NCBI GenBank assembly: GCA_951406725.2
Contig: OX597827.1
Location: 47,864,001 to 47,928,000, forward strand
Source of the DNA: Octopus vulgaris
Taxonomy: Eukaryota
Reading direction: 5' to 3'
DNA length: 64,000 bases
This document shows, piece by piece, positions 39,932 to 56,032 of this stretch. Numbering within the stretch: the first letter of the stretch is position 1; each line of letters starts with the position of its first letter. A program made the position numbers and the translations under genes. The notes below the pieces were generated by a model that ran no database searches, was not told where the DNA came from, and saw only the letters and a program-made list of their open reading frames with translations.

Positions 39932-42134
39932 GCATTTAGGCTATTTGACATCATAAGCCATGAAGAAATCATGCTAAAGAACAAATATTCTACAGAACTT
40001 GTAAAGTAGAGTGATAGAAAGAGAGAGTAATAGAACGAAAGATTATGACAAATCCGTGACTGAAATTGAATGCTCAATGGAGCATGACCGAACAGGTCAT
40101 GGGACCAGCCGGAAAAAGTTGGGTGAAATAGCAATCTTGATGGTCATGTGGTGCCTAAAAGGGAGGGCTAGAGAGAAAAGGGGAAGTGAAGAGTAGAGAA
40201 AAACAGAGAGTGGTAGAGAGGGAAGGGTCGTGAATAAAGGAGGGCGAATAAGGGAGGAAGAAACGAGGTTTTTGGTAGAAGTTAAAGAGAAACAGACGTG
40301 AAAGAAGAGCGAGTGAGGGGAGAAGGAGAGAGAGGATAATAGAAAGGCAGTAAACAGTCGACCGATTTGGATGGAAGAAGAAAAAGACAAAAAATTAAGA
40401 GAGAAAGGTGCTCTTATAAAGAAGGAAATATAGATGGAGACAGAAGTAATTGTAAAGTGAAAGAAAGGGAATAAAAGAGGGGTACGAAGTATAATAGACA
40501 GTTAAGAATGAAGAATGGATTAGACAGAAAAAGCAACAGGAAAGTAAAGTAATGTAACAAGGAGAGACAAAAATGTGAGACGGAAAGAGAGGGGCGGGGA
40601 AAAAGAGAAATAGAGAAAAGATAGAGAGACTTCACACCTAATATTACTCGCTTAATGTGGTGCCACTGAGAGTGGGAGCAAAAAGGAGGATAGGCAACGT
40701 TACGATAAATAATAACAGTAAAACTTCCATACATATATGTATGTGTAAGTTTCACTTACATGTTTCTAAAATTGTCTCCAGTCATTCTTAATTCCTTCAA
40801 ATGTCCAGCTTTATAAATCCAACCGTCTATTATCTGACATTGTACGAAACGTAAATAACTCCGCCAGCTCAATTTAAGTGGTGTGCCATTGAGCTGAATA
40901 TAAAAAGTTTGCAGCAAAATTTGTACCTGCTAGTTCAATTCCGACTCTATTAACAGAGAATATCATTGATAGATTTACCAAATGTAGAAATTCCCTCGTA
41001 AAAATGGACCACTTGAATTATAATGAAAATGTTCGACGCAACATGAAAACAAGCTATAAAACATGATATATATAAAAAATTAATTTGAAAGAATTTGACG
41101 ACGGATGATCTTTGTTACAGTTTGGTGCTTAAGATCGAAGATTATAAGTTGGGAGTTCGACTGTACAAGTTTCATTAATTTGCTCGATGAACATAGATAT
41201 TCTTTCCATCCTTATGCATGAAAAACAAGAGGTTTTTACCCTACGATTACTATTCCCTGCATACTGAAACATAAATGCAGTCTGTCTTTTACAACGGCAC
41301 AACTAGCAAGCACTAAATATGATTGTCAACGACGACTATTTGTTATCATCCCATCATAGTTAAAACTTATAGATTTAATATGACATGAGTGAAGTATATG
41401 AGATACTTTAATGACAAAATATCAGTTTTTAGTTATACGAATTCGAAGATTGCATGTCATGCCTGTAACACGGATGCGCTATCTGACTCCATTTAATACT
41501 TACTGAATACAGTTTATGAAATGTGTCTACTTTCGCTATGCCAGAATAGAATAGAAATTTATTCTCAATATGGTTTCTCCCTATTTTTTTTTCTCTGATT
41601 TTGCTTTTCTTATTTTCAAATATTGTCAAAGAAGGATAATAAACTGTTGCGCAAGTGAATAATGCGAGCGTTAGATAAAGCAGTAGTGTCACACGGTGAA
41701 GCGTTTAAACATCGTGAGATTATGAGAAGTCATATAAAAAGAAATGAAGTTGCAGGAAATAAAACACTACTTGATCACGAGTGTTTAATAATTGCTCTTC
41801 TCAAACTCATACATTCTAGATCGAGCGTTCATAAATATTTTTTTTTATATCACACTCTCACAGAGCTATGCCATAAAACGAGGAAAAATAGCTATTCAGT
41901 ATTGCCAGAAGACCTACAATGTAAAACAATAAAGTCGTCATAAGCGATGTGGTTCGCATAAAATTCACAGAAACATCTTATTAACCCTGAATTAGTATCA
42001 CGTAAAAGTTTATGGAAAGTAATTTTCTTTTTTGTATCTTCTGTCAGCTAAATATTAATGACACTTTGACTCCTAATAACAAGGACATATAAGTAGTTGA
42101 AGGCAATTAGAAATTACATGAAATAATTATTATG

Positions 42135-42176
<42 letters not shown>

Positions 42177-45045
42177 GTCACAATGCGAGCGACATTATTA
42201 CAAAACTAGAAACTATGTAAAGCAGATTTAAAGAATTCTTCTCCACGCTTACTAATTAGATATGTAAATGTTGATCAATATTATTTTGGGTTACGTTCCT
42301 TTCCATATAGAAAAACGGGGTTTGTAGCAACCACGTTACCTTCTATTGTTGTTCCTTTCTTCCCTGTTATCCTACCCGAGCAGGATAGGATAACATCATA
42401 AAATATGAAAATACTTTTGGGCCCTCTTGCTAACATAATTAAAGTTTATGTTGCAACTGACCTCCGAGGTTGTTTATCAATCAATCACAGCTACTTGGGA
42501 TTCACAGTACGGGTTCTATAATTCATCGTTTCGATCGCTGAGTACAATACGTAGCTCACGAGAGCTCCCTTCGACTGATTTTCCCCGAGTTACCATCTCA
42601 CACTTGCACGCCAGTTCATTGTAAGGTTATCCAATTACAGCGTGTTTTATTCAAGAACTCAACGCACAACCGGTCAGGAAATTGAACCCACGATCTCGCG
42701 ACCGCGGATAGAACATCTGAATCACTAAACCATATGCGTTCAATTAGATGGTGAGTGAACTGTTACTACCCTGTAGGGTGGGACAGAAGCCAAGTTTCTG
42801 ACTTTATATTGCGACCTGTGGGCATGATCTGGTGTCCTCGGCTGTTGTGCCGACTGCATTTTTTACTTCGTGATTTTGGCCACCTTACACAAGCTCAAGT
42901 GTGTAATCACATTATCCCTAATTGTCTCATCTCATTATCTCTAAGATCTGTTGCTCAGATGTAACGCGGTGAAAATTTTTGATATGAATTATATTTAGCC
43001 GTTCTTATATTTAGAAAATTAATGTGACATATAACGATTTCACGTTTGGACACAATAACACACGTAGTTGGAGAATTGTTACAAGTGATAAAATTGTTTT
43101 CAGTACTTATGTGGCTCAGCCAATTCTGGTGATCTGTCAGTCTAATACTCATTTATAACGGAAGAATTATTGTGAGACAAGAGATCTAAGTTTAGAATTT
43201 TTGGGGTCGTTGAATCAGAAATGAAACTACTTATGTAACATTTACCGAAGAGAAATATACTTACGGGGCAACGTCTTGATGTCAATAAAGTTATTAAATA
43301 TCTATTATTGTCGGTGGAACTGCAGAATCAGTGGAGCAACGAGTAAAGTAGATTGTGTTAATTAACTTATATTGTCAATTTAAATCTAACGCAACTTGAT
43401 TTTAAATTTTATCCGTGAAGTGCGTATAAAATAAGTATTACTGGAGTAGTGGCCTCAATACTTACACTTGCTCGTCTTCCTAAAAATGTATTACATATCT
43501 ACATATATACTTGTGCTTGTGGCTGCATTCACCCGGGTTGGGTTTGAGTTGCCTCCAACTAACGAGTTCACCACATCCCTAACAAATGCCTATTACATCC
43601 GATGATCGGTCCTACTTCCAGGAAGCAAACTAATGCTTCTGCCTGCGACCTAAAATCGAGCTTGCGAGTTTGAAAAATGCCCTAGTAGGAGAGCAAGCGC
43701 GTCGGATAATGTGTATGGCATAGCCTTATTCGTCATTCATTGTTAAGTGTTGAGTTTATATTCAGAGTTTCAGTTGGAATACAAGTTCACATGCGGTGCC
43801 CGGTCAAATGTATACATACTTTGGGATATTGTGATCCGTAGCAGCTCATCTTGCCATCAATTGTCGACCATTGAAGAGTATTCGCTGACCGATTATCGGA
43901 GCAGAGTTTTAAAAGGGATGGTAAACATGCTAGTTGACCCATAATCGGAACCCTAATAGCTGCTACTATTCCGAGTCCGAGTAGACCTGAGAAAAATAGA
44001 GATCAGGAAGATGGTTCCCTTCTCCTCAATATCCTGGAACGCCTGTATGAAGGCTTCACTACCGGATACAGTTAAAAGTCTCACCCAGGACATCAATGAA
44101 ATAGATTAGAGGCGAAGTGGTTAATAAAATTCTACTGTGACTAATTTGAGTCTTACTGCTCAACAGATTGCAACTGAAGTTGAAAGCACTTCCCTGAGAT
44201 TAAAACAAAAGACACAAGAATGTATTGCTTGTGTTTGCTGGAGCTGATAAACAGCATATTAACTGACACACTCTCACCTTTTAGAAAGGAGGTTGATACT
44301 GGATAAAGAAGACATAGATAATTCGATACACAAATCCCCAATAGCTGGTGCTATAATAAGAATTCTGATATCTATGCCTGAAATGTATTATCCTGGGATT
44401 AAACAACTTGTCAACCAAGAAGAAATTCATATCTTATTTCAAATAATTTATAACAGACCATATGTATTTTCAAACTTTCGCCAAGGGGTTCGTCTCTTTC
44501 AATTGTGTTTACTATCAATTCATATGATAAATAATTTACTTTTATCATTTTTATTTCGAATATCACTTGTGCATGAATTTCTACTTCATACATCCGTTCC
44601 TTTCTTAAGCTGTTGAACATCTCATGGGACTTAAGGATTTCCATATATTAACGATTTTTCTTTCCATCGTAATGAACACACAGCATAAAACAAAAAAATG
44701 TGTACACTTCCTTGATTGATTTTCTATGGTTTTATAGTGATTTAGTTTTACGAATTGGAAAAAGGAAATGCAAGAATTTGATTGATGGATGTTTTAATAT
44801 TGAGTATGATTTCCTCTTGAAATCGATATTTTAGAGTTTGTAAATGGGAAAAAATGTTACGTTTCTCTCATGAATACTTCAATTGTATAATTGGGTGTAT
44901 AATAAATATGAGACACAGGGGAACACATTTTCAACACTTTTTCAAACCAGCAAAATAATCCCCGCATTTAGAGTGCTGCCATTGCATATACAGATGACTA
45001 TATAATCCATGCCGTGATATATAATAGGATGTGTGTCAGTCTACA

Positions 45046-45078
45046 TTATATATTATATATATTATTATTATTATTTTG

Positions 45079-45164
<86 letters not shown>

Positions 45165-45261
45165 CATTTTAATTATTATTATTATTGTTATTATTATTAT
45201 TATTTGATTATCATTATTACTATTCTTCTTCTTCTTCTTATTATTATTATTATGATTATTA

Positions 45262-45295
<34 letters not shown>

Positions 45296-45310
45296 CATCA
45301 TCATCATTAT
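45046..45310. repeat. (TTA)n microsatellite
   Basis: Direct observation. Confidence 0.95.
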
Positions 45311-45877
45311 CAACCACCTCGAAAGCCTGAAAGCCAAAGTCGATTTCGGTGGAAATTGAATTTGCTAAACATTCTGCTAGCTCGATGTGTAAATTTATAA
45401 GTACCAATGTATCTGCGTACTACATCTTCTAATAGGTATTTCGAAGGTCATAAATTTGGTTGAACAGATGATTTATCGACGACAAGGTCATCCCTATTTT
45501 ATTGACACTGTGTTTTACTGCGTCCTTAAATGCGAAATTCTAAGATTAAAACCAGTCAATATATTCTTCCTTGAAGAGGTCAAATAAAGAAGCTATACGA
45601 ACGTTAATTTCACAACTATACCTTATACACAAGATCTTACACTTGGCCTTTGTATTCCAAAATTCTGAGTAGCTGTTTATATTCAAGTAATCACTGTTTA
45701 TATTCAAGTAATCGCCTGCTGTTTTCTAAATACATCTGGCATCAGTATTTGTCTGCTAATAGCAGCAATAATTTCACTTAATTGAAGTATTTCAACACAC
45801 TCTGTGTTGACCCTATGACGAACGCTTCCCTGAAGTAATTTCACTGAGCCATATTGTTAATAACTAAGTATATCTAA

Positions 45878-46213
<336 letters not shown>

Positions 46214-46319
46214 ATTTATTTATATATATATATATTATATATATTTATATAAATATCTACACAAATACATATACACAGAGGCATGTACACATCGGTTCAT
46301 ATACTCCACCACCTATATA

Positions 46320-46354
<35 letters not shown>

Positions 46355-46456
46355 GTAATTTATTTTATATATATATATTATATATATTTATATAAATATC
46401 TACACAAATACATATACACAGAGGCATGTACACATCGGTTCATATACTCCACCACC

Positions 46457-46489
<33 letters not shown>

Positions 46490-47245
46490 GTGTGTGTGCC
46501 TGTTCGTGTGTGTGTAGATATGTATAAATTCTCTGTGAAATGATAAATTGCAGATCTCAAAGCATAAGTGGTCTCTATGTGTATGAGAGTGTGCATGTGT
46601 TGTATATGCACACACAGACACGCACATACACACACACACATACACACACAAATACACGTAAATGCATGAGTGTATGTAAAATGGTATGTACGCATATGTG
46701 TATGAATTTATGTAGCTACGTATCTCTGTAAGTATGTACAATATTCGTAACTACGCCGCAAAAACACAAACACATTAACGTTAAATAAAATGGCGCAGTG
46801 GAATAAATAGACAACAGCTGTCTATTTGTAAACGAAGAAATCACGTACTCAACTGTAATAATACAGATTCTACAATGAACATAAGGCTGTTCACGAGCGG
46901 CGATGTGGGAAAAGCCGAATGCTAATGTAGCATAAGGAAAAATTGATATGGTTGAATTTAAAGGGGAAACATAATGATACAGGGATAGTTTAAAATGTTA
47001 TGCTTCATTACATTATATGCGCACAATTGATCGGTGAGGTCAGATGAGATTATTAAGCTGATGGAAATAATATTTAGTGACGAAGGCTTACTACAACAAA
47101 TTGTATGTAATTATAAACTAATGTAGCTGAATATTAGAATCAAGTTTGTGCAGCAAATGCCGTCAGTATTTGTCAGTGGCTTGAAGTCAATAAGGCAGCA
47201 AATTAATTTTTGTTTTTAAATATATAGTTATACGTTTATATTGGA

Positions 47246-47389
<144 letters not shown>

Positions 47390-47619
47390 TTTAAATTTAC
47401 AGAAACACAAACGACTGTGGCAAGTGCATGAACAATAAGCAAGTGTATTAGTTTGACACTCGGGAAAAATGAAAATGTATTTAACCTTTCGAGCCGACGC
47501 TCATCAACAGAAAGGAATATGAGAGAATAAACAGGAAGAATGAAAAAAAAAACTTGTAGGTTTCAGAGATCAATATGGCAATATGTATATATGTATATAT
47601 ATATATATATATATCTTAT

Positions 47620-47947
47620 TTTATTCTTTACTTGTTTCAGTCAATTGACTGCAGCCATGCTGGCGCACCGTCTTTAATAGAGCAAATCAACCCCAGGACT
47701 TATTCTTCGTTGTCAAGCGATGTTGGGGAGGGGGCGCAAATGCATACACACAATCACACACATACACACGCACGCACACGCTCTTATACGACGGACTTCT
47801 ACCAGTTTCCATCTACCAAATCCACTCACAAGGGTTTGGTCAGCCTGAGGCTACAATAGAAGACACTTGCCCAAGGTGGAGTGGGACTGAACCCGGAAGC
47901 ATATGGTTGGTAAGGAAGCTACTTAACACGCATTCACTCCTGCGCCT
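47620..47947 (-). mobile_element. SINE family 3
   Basis: Reverse complement of family 3. Confidence 0.8.
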
Positions 47948-48133
47948 ATATATATTTTTTTACATGAATTAATATTTAGTAGAAGTAGCAGAGTGACACA
48001 AGGAACTTCAGTAACTCTGTTACTTCTGCTAAATATATATATAGAATATAAATATACTCATATTTTCAGTTGTACGTTTCGGGTTTGCATCAACATACCC
48101 GTAAAATATAGATAGATAGATAGATAGATAAAT

Positions 48134-48164
<31 letters not shown>

Positions 48165-48431
48165 GAGATAGATAGATAGATAAAGAGATAGATATGTTTC
48201 TTTATTAGCCACATAGGGCTGCCCACAGACAGGACAAAATTGCAAGGTAGAGCTTTTCTTTTGGGGGTAAAAGAAGGGGGTTTGGTTTGGATCGTAAATG
48301 GAAAGAAAGAGGACAAAATAAGGAGGGGATATAATTAAAGAAAAAAAGGTGGGGGAAGGAAAAAAAAAGATAGATTGATTGATAGATAGATAGAAAGAGA
48401 GAAAGAGAGAGGCAGACGGACAGACAGATAC

Positions 48432-48476
<45 letters not shown>

Positions 48477-49107
48477 GAGAGAGACAGAGAGACAGAGAGA
48501 GAGAGACACAGAGAGAGAGAGAGAGAGATTCATCTCTTTAGTTTCTCATTGAATTACGCAATTGAACTTCCAATTACCATACACTGATTCAAGTTTTAAA
48601 ATTTCTTTTAAACTGACATTTGTAAAATGATCGAGACTTTATGCAATTTATTCTTGAAATAGCTTCACACTTGGCCTTTTCGAACTCTTGCCAATTAGGT
48701 ACATTAATTCGTTTGAGTAATTAAGCAAGTGTGTTTTACTGAAGTCCACCACACCAGAAATTCTACCTGTTGATTATCTGCTAATCTTTTCAAATCAAGG
48801 ATTCGATTTCGTTGTTCTTTTCGCTCTTTCTTCATAGACATTATCAAAATATTTCTTGTGAAACAGTCATTTTTTAATTTTTATTTGTTACATTCATTTA
48901 CGCCGGCCAGGTTTGCGCAACGTCTTGAATGGGTTTAGTCGTACAAATCGACCCCAAGACATTTTTTTAAAAAATCTAGTACTATTTTATCGGTCTGTTT
49001 TGCCGAAACACAAATAGCGGTGTATTGTTTACAGGGACGTAAACAAAGCAACTTCGCTTGTCAAGTGATGATGATGATATATATATATATATATATATAT
49101 GCATATA

Positions 49108-49278
49108 GGCGCAGGAGTGGCTGTGTGGTAAGTAGCTTGCTAACCAACCACATGGTTCCGGGTTCAGTCCCACTGCGTGGCGTCTTGGGCAAGTGTCTTC
49201 TACTATAGCCCCGGGCCGACCAATGCCTTGTGAGTGGATTTGGTAGACTGAAACTGAAAGAAGCCTGTCGTATATATG

Positions 49279-49315
<37 letters not shown>

Positions 49316-49520
49316 CTGTGTTTGTCCCCCTAGCATTGCTTGACAACCGATGCTGGTGTGTTTACGTCCCCGTCACTTAGCGGTTCGGCAAAAAAGACCG
49401 ATAGAATAAGTACTGGGCTTCTTACAAAGAATAAGTCCCGGGGTCGATTTGCTCGACTAAAAGGCGGTGCTCCAGCATGGCTGCAGTCAAATGACTGAAA
49501 CAAGTAAAAGGGTAAAAAGA
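49108..49520 (+). mobile_element. SINE family 3 (internal TA/TG microsatellite), full length
   Basis: ggcgcaggagtggctgtgtggtaagtagcttg..ggttcagtccc head; tail aaggcggtgctccagcatggctgcagtcaaatgactgaaacaagtaaaag. Confidence 0.88.
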
Positions 49521-49529
49521 GTAAAAGAG

Positions 49530-49560
<31 letters not shown>

Positions 49561-49739
49561 ATATATACATATATGTATAAAAGAAGATTTAGAAAACGGA
49601 GATGTAGCATTAATATTAATGCTACATTTCCATTTTCTTAATTTTCTCTTGAATATTTATAAACCAAGATTTATATTTAGACCGATTATTCTATGAATAT
49701 TACTTTTCACAAAAAATACTAAGCAATGAACCAGTAATT

Positions 49740-49778
<39 letters not shown>

Positions 49779-50784
49779 CGCGAACTACATCACGCAGTGG
49801 GACATTAACAATATATGCAAAAAGTGTAACTGAACAGCGTGAGTGTGATCAAAAATGACTGTCATTACCACAGTAAATATATTCCGCTAACTATTTTACA
49901 GGTGTAAATTAACATATCTTATTGCTGTTCAATGTAAGTTAGTCATTTCACGCATTTGAAACTTCACTGGGAACAAAAGCTCAGCAACAAACAGAAAATC
50001 TGTTTTCCATAAATTCATCGTCAGAATTATTTAAAGTATGCTAAGCAGCTTATCCTGCCCGCACGATTTTTCCGAGCATCGTGTGGTTCTATACACTTTT
50101 TAAAATAATATATTAAATCTAAGGATATGTTTTCCTTGGGTTTCATCTTTAAGCTTTCTAAACAATCCTTTGAATTTTTCGTACCTAACAAGTTTAACGG
50201 AGTAATGCCATTCAAATCTTAAATTTAATCCATTTAGAGCGATTAGAAATATATACACCATTCAGGTCTTTTGTTAGCTGCAATAAATAAGTAATCCTTT
50301 CTACACTTATCTCAATACTTATTTTATTTCTTGAAAAGTGCTTTCATCTATTGACGAAAAGCTTAGGCAGAGTTTATTAAGTATTGCAATTTGAAGAGAA
50401 AGCACATTGTTTCATCTGCCGTGTAACCGTACTTCCATGAAAATCGATTGCTTAATGATGGTGTATGTCATAATTCTAACCAATTAGCAGTCGTACAAAA
50501 CTTGTTAAAAGTACATTATTATCATTTACAAGTATAGATATGAGTGGTTTATAAATCCGTTATCTTTTACTTGTTTCAGTCATTAGATTGCGGTCATGGT
50601 TGGTCAGTGCCTTGAGGGGTGTTAGTCGAAGGATTGAACGCTCGTACTGACATTTCTTAAAGCTTGGTACTCATTCTATGATTTTATATTTTTTGCCGAA
50701 CCGCTATGCTAGAAGAATGTAAACAAAGCAGTACCGTATGTATGTATGTATGTATGTATATATGTATGTGTGTGTGTGTGTGTG

Positions 50785-51340
50785 AAAGAGCCAAGAAAGG
50801 ACAACCAAAAGGAGCATAAACGAAAACAAGGGATGAAACAGCCGAAGAAAAAAGCGACTTTGACTGCTCATATGACAAAAAGGATAAAAAGAGATAGCAC
50901 ACACGAATATGTAAATTATACTTGAAAGGTGTCTGCGGGCATGCAGAGGGAGATGCAAACTTCCATTTTGCACACCAAAGACCCTGCCACATGAACAGGT
51001 AACAAGATGGAAAGTACCTGCCAAAAGAAAAGGATCACGTACCACCTGCCCTAAAACGGAAACACGCAGATACAGTGCGCGCTACAAACTAATTTTATTA
51101 ACATGTTATTGAAAGGGCAGCTGCTGAACAACAAACATTTTGTGTATGACACAAAACATTATACAGTAACTGACCTGACTATAACGATCTCACAGATGGG
51201 ACTCTCACAAATATACATACCACAGTATGTTGTATAACTGACCGACAGTAAAGAAAGGAGTCACGGTGGAGTTGCTATGTACATACACGAAGACTTCACA
51301 CTCCATCTCCTTTTGTCACACTCAAATTCAGCATGTGACA
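50785..51340 (+). mobile_element. Decayed internal fragment of the LINE family at 18234-22087
   Basis: Collinear similarity to ~18570-19300 (CCCH region, gaaagggcagctgctga, catacc.cagtatg, gttgctatgtacat). Confidence 0.8.
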
Positions 51341-51375
51341 CACACACATACAAACACTCACACTCACAATATATT

Positions 51376-51413
<38 letters not shown>

Positions 51414-52469
51414 CTAAATTTTATCATTATATATATATATATTTATAAGCACACACACACGAAAGAATTCTTTCAGTCTCTGTGAACTAAATGCTACTCA
51501 CAAGGTCGATCCGGGTCATCAACAACATACACTTAACCAATGTGTTACTGAACCCAGAACCAATGGAAGAATAACATTATTTCATGCAATTTTGAAAAGA
51601 AAACCTTTCTCAAGTATTTAATAATATAACACAATCCTTAAAACGCAAAAGTGAATGATCGAAACTTGAAGTAGAAAACAAATTTGAGAATACAAAAATA
51701 CAAAAACAATGTAAGATAGAATAAATATATCCTGGAAAATTTTCAGGAACAAAATGAGCCCAAACAACCACATTTGATCTGAAAGTAAGCGCTTGTTTGT
51801 AAAACATCTAAATAGTTTCTCCAAACGTGAGGAAATTATTAGTTTAGAAGAACTGAAAGATTATAGAATGAAACAGATAGACGAAAGATAGCTTTCAGAG
51901 TATTGTCGGTGAAAACTACTGTTCATGCTTGTGTGTGTGTATGTATGTGTGTGTGAGTGTGTGTATGTGGGCCTGCATGCTTGCGTGTTTCTACATACAC
52001 ATAGTTAGAGATGTGTGTGTGTGCACGCAAGTATTTGATGACATATTTATATATACAGTTCATTGTAAACATACAATGCATCTCATAAAAAGTGCTTAGT
52101 TTAGACAACAAAACTATCTGTTCTTAGCGATAGTTAATCAACTTCTATGATACTGAGAGGAAAATAAATGTTTTCAAGGGAACATTGGAATACAATTACG
52201 GACGAACAATCGTGATGTATCTTTTCATTGTTCCATTTAGATTTAATTCACCAACCAATATAAAGCTTTCCTCACATTTATTATGAACGGTAATGGTTCT
52301 TTTTAGTACACAAATGAATAATTCAATTCAATGACTAGATCATCTGCATGCATTCATGTGTGTGTGTGAGTGTGTGTGTAAATTAAGAGTGCAGTGAACT
52401 TGCTGTAAGGAGTAGAAAATATGACTTGCCGACGACTCAACACTAGTATCTTGGAGTTTCTTTCATTTG

Positions 52470-53372
52470 GGGTAGCTGTTTGATAAGTCGCTTGCATACC
52501 AACCACATTGTTCCGGGTTCAGTCCCACTGCGTGGCATCTTGGACGTGTGTCTTCTACTATATCCTCGGGCCAACCAAAGCTTTGTGAGTGAATTTGGTA
52601 GACGGAAACTGAAAGAAGACTGTCGTATATATGTATATATATATATGTGTGTGTGAGTGTGTGCGTGCGCGTGTAAGTATATGCCTGTGTGTTTGTGTTT
52701 GCCCCCCCCCCACCAAATCGCCTGACAACCGATGCTGTTGTGTTTACGTCCCTGTAACTTAGAGGTACCGCCAGAGACCGATAAAATAAGTACTAGGCTT
52801 ACAAAGAATAAGTCCTAGGGTCGATTTGCTCGACTAAAGGTTGTGATCTTGCATGGGCGCAGTCAAATAACTGAGACAAGGAAAAGAATAAAAGAATATA
52901 TATATATACGTACATATATTATAAATAAGGGTATCTAAGATATAACACCATGCTTAAAATAGCAGTCAAAACCTGACTCTCAAACCACATCAAGTGTTCA
53001 ATACAGCACGAGTTAAATAGATAAATAGACAAATAAAACTAATAAAAAATTGGATGATTTCAGACCCTGGGTTTCTACTTACATATACAGCTAGCGTATT
53101 ACGTAATCACAGGTGTGTCTGAGTGGTAAAAAACTTGATTCCCAACCACATGGTTCCGGGTTCAATCACCCTACATGACACCATGGGCAAGTGTTTTCTA
53201 CTATAGCTTCGGGCCGATCAAAGCCTCGTGAGCGGATTTCGAAGACAGTAACTGAAAGAAGCATATCGTATGTGTGTGGTTGTTTGTGGTGGGTATCTTT
53301 GTGTCTGTGTCTCTACTACCACTTGACAACCGGTGCTGGTATATTTATATCCCCCCTAACATAGCCGTTCGG
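52470..53372 (+). mobile_element. Two SINE family 3 copies (52470-52895, 53108-53372)
   Basis: ccaaccacat.gttccgggttca heads. Confidence 0.8.
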
Positions 53373-54225
53373 AAATATATATATATATCGATAGGCAAAT
53401 GATGAGACTTGAAAATGTGTAGCATGATCCTTGTTTCCGATGGAAATATCTTCAGGTCACTGTGCCCCTGCTTGGACATATTGCAAGAATTTTAACAAGT
53501 AAAAGAATAAATAAATGTCGTACATTTTATTATTATTTTTGAGACGCCGCAGTCCATTTGACAAATCATCGTTTTTTCTTCTTTTATCTCATCCGATTTC
53601 CTTATATTCCGTTTCCTAAGTTCCTTCGTTGTTCCTATTGACTATTGCGTTAACCATGGTATCTTTTCCATTATTTGTATTGAGATCAATGGCATTGTTC
53701 GATCTGTCTATCCTTTTGTCCTTTTTGTCAATTTTGATATTTTATCCAATTTCATTAAATTGTTATTCCATTTTTTTCATTTCTTTATCGAATATGTCCA
53801 AGTCTTGTCTCAAGTAAATATCATTATTCTGTTGTGTTCTCTATTATCATACTTATGTTCTAACTAAGTTGCAATACCTTTGTTAGTCATATTATAGTTC
53901 CTGGTCGACTTCAACCGTTCTTATATTGAATTCGATCATCTTCTGTCTCTACTAATACGGCTTTTGCTGTGTTTACAAGTACACATGTAAGTTCTTGCTA
54001 TGGAAAATAATTTTAAAACATAAATCTATTCTGTTGTCTGCATTGCGAAAACTTCGGTTTATCTATATTTTTGAGTAATTAGGAATTCTTTTGAATGTTT
54101 CACACTTCACCTACTCACACACCCACATATCACAAGCACACAAAAACGTTCTCCCCCATACACGCACATATACACATACATACACACATATATATCCCTA
54201 TATATATAAATATAAGTGTGTTTTA

Positions 54226-54317
<92 letters not shown>

Positions 54318-54423
54318 ATATTCAGGAATGGTCATGTTGCCAGATTAGCCAATAAAAGCACACGCACTATATATTTGGTGTTAATTTGCTTCAGCTTTAT
54401 TTATTTTTTATACTAATCTAAAT

Positions 54424-54472
<49 letters not shown>

Positions 54473-54624
54473 ACATAATGTATATTATAGATTTTTAGAT
54501 AAAACAATTTGAGTCAGAATCTTTGGTACTCTGAGTTTCAATTATGTTGCAAGTCTTCGGCTATACAAAACAAAAGAAGGCAAAAACTGGGGACTTTCAG
54601 TCGATGAATATTTAAGTATAAATA

Positions 54625-55293
<669 letters not shown>

Positions 55294-55429
55294 TGATATA
55301 TATATAAGCGCAAATTCTATAAACAAAACATTCAAAAGAAATATTTTCATGAATTGAACAGCGACTGCTACTATCCACTGACGGTCATTAGCTGACCATT
55401 TAAAATACTACTGACATGGCACTCCCACA

Positions 55430-55725
55430 CTCTTCTTCTTCTTCTTCCCCTTCTCCTCCTCCTCCTTCTTCTTCTTCCCTACCAAGAATTTAGAACGACC
55501 TCGAACCTACAAGAGTAAACAAGAGAGACAGAGACAGGCAGGAACAAGTAAAATGCCACTTGTATTTAAACACTATACAAATATTCTTCTAAAAGATCTT
55601 TTCTTTTAATTTTTCTAAATTTAATTATTTAATTGTTACAGTTGAAAAAGTCCCAATGACTGAAACCGGTACTGAAATGTTTTTTATTAAATTATTTTAG
55701 CATTTTCTATCTTGACTTTTTTCCA
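55430..55725 (+). mobile_element. Solo pseudo-LTR fragment of the Penelope family at 7040-9445
   Basis: Matches ~9100-9445: CTT repeats, acctaca..agtaa..gagagacagagacag, gttgaaaaagtc..gactgaaaccg, tattttagcattttct. Confidence 0.65.
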
Positions 55726-55728
55726 TAT

Positions 55729-56032
55729 GTGTACCGTGCTTGTGTACTGACATCGCTTCTATACTCATGTGAGACATGGACTCTGTACAAACGTCAGGTA
55801 AGTGTCCTTGAATGTTTTCATCAGAGATGTCTCAAACACATTCTCAATGTTGGCTGGACCTCAAAAATTCCAAACACACAGATCCTGAGGACAGCTGATA
55901 TCTTGAGTATTGAGGCGATTGTGCTCAAGCACCGGTTGCGTTGGACTGGACACCTTATTAGAATGAAGGATAGAAAGATTCCTAAGCAGATGCTCTATGG
56001 AGAACTTGTGAATGGAAGGAGACTCCGGCAGA
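55729..56032 (+). mobile_element. RTE-clade LINE fragment
   Basis: YRACVLTSLLYSCETWTL..FHQRCL..RLRWTGHLIRM..IPKQMLYGEL. Confidence 0.88.

Noticed and set aside
51618-51824. Hydrophobic minus-strand ORF (MWLFGLILFLKIF..) as the signal-peptide exon of copy A
   Set aside because: Weak donor; the plus strand reads better as an FN3 module (NITQS..TTTFDLKVSA), and the hydrophobicity reflects T-richness.
53500-54050. Pyrimidine-rich block as a TM-coding ORF (53629-53817)
   Set aside because: Composition-driven and probably a decayed TE on the minus strand; no recognisable motif.
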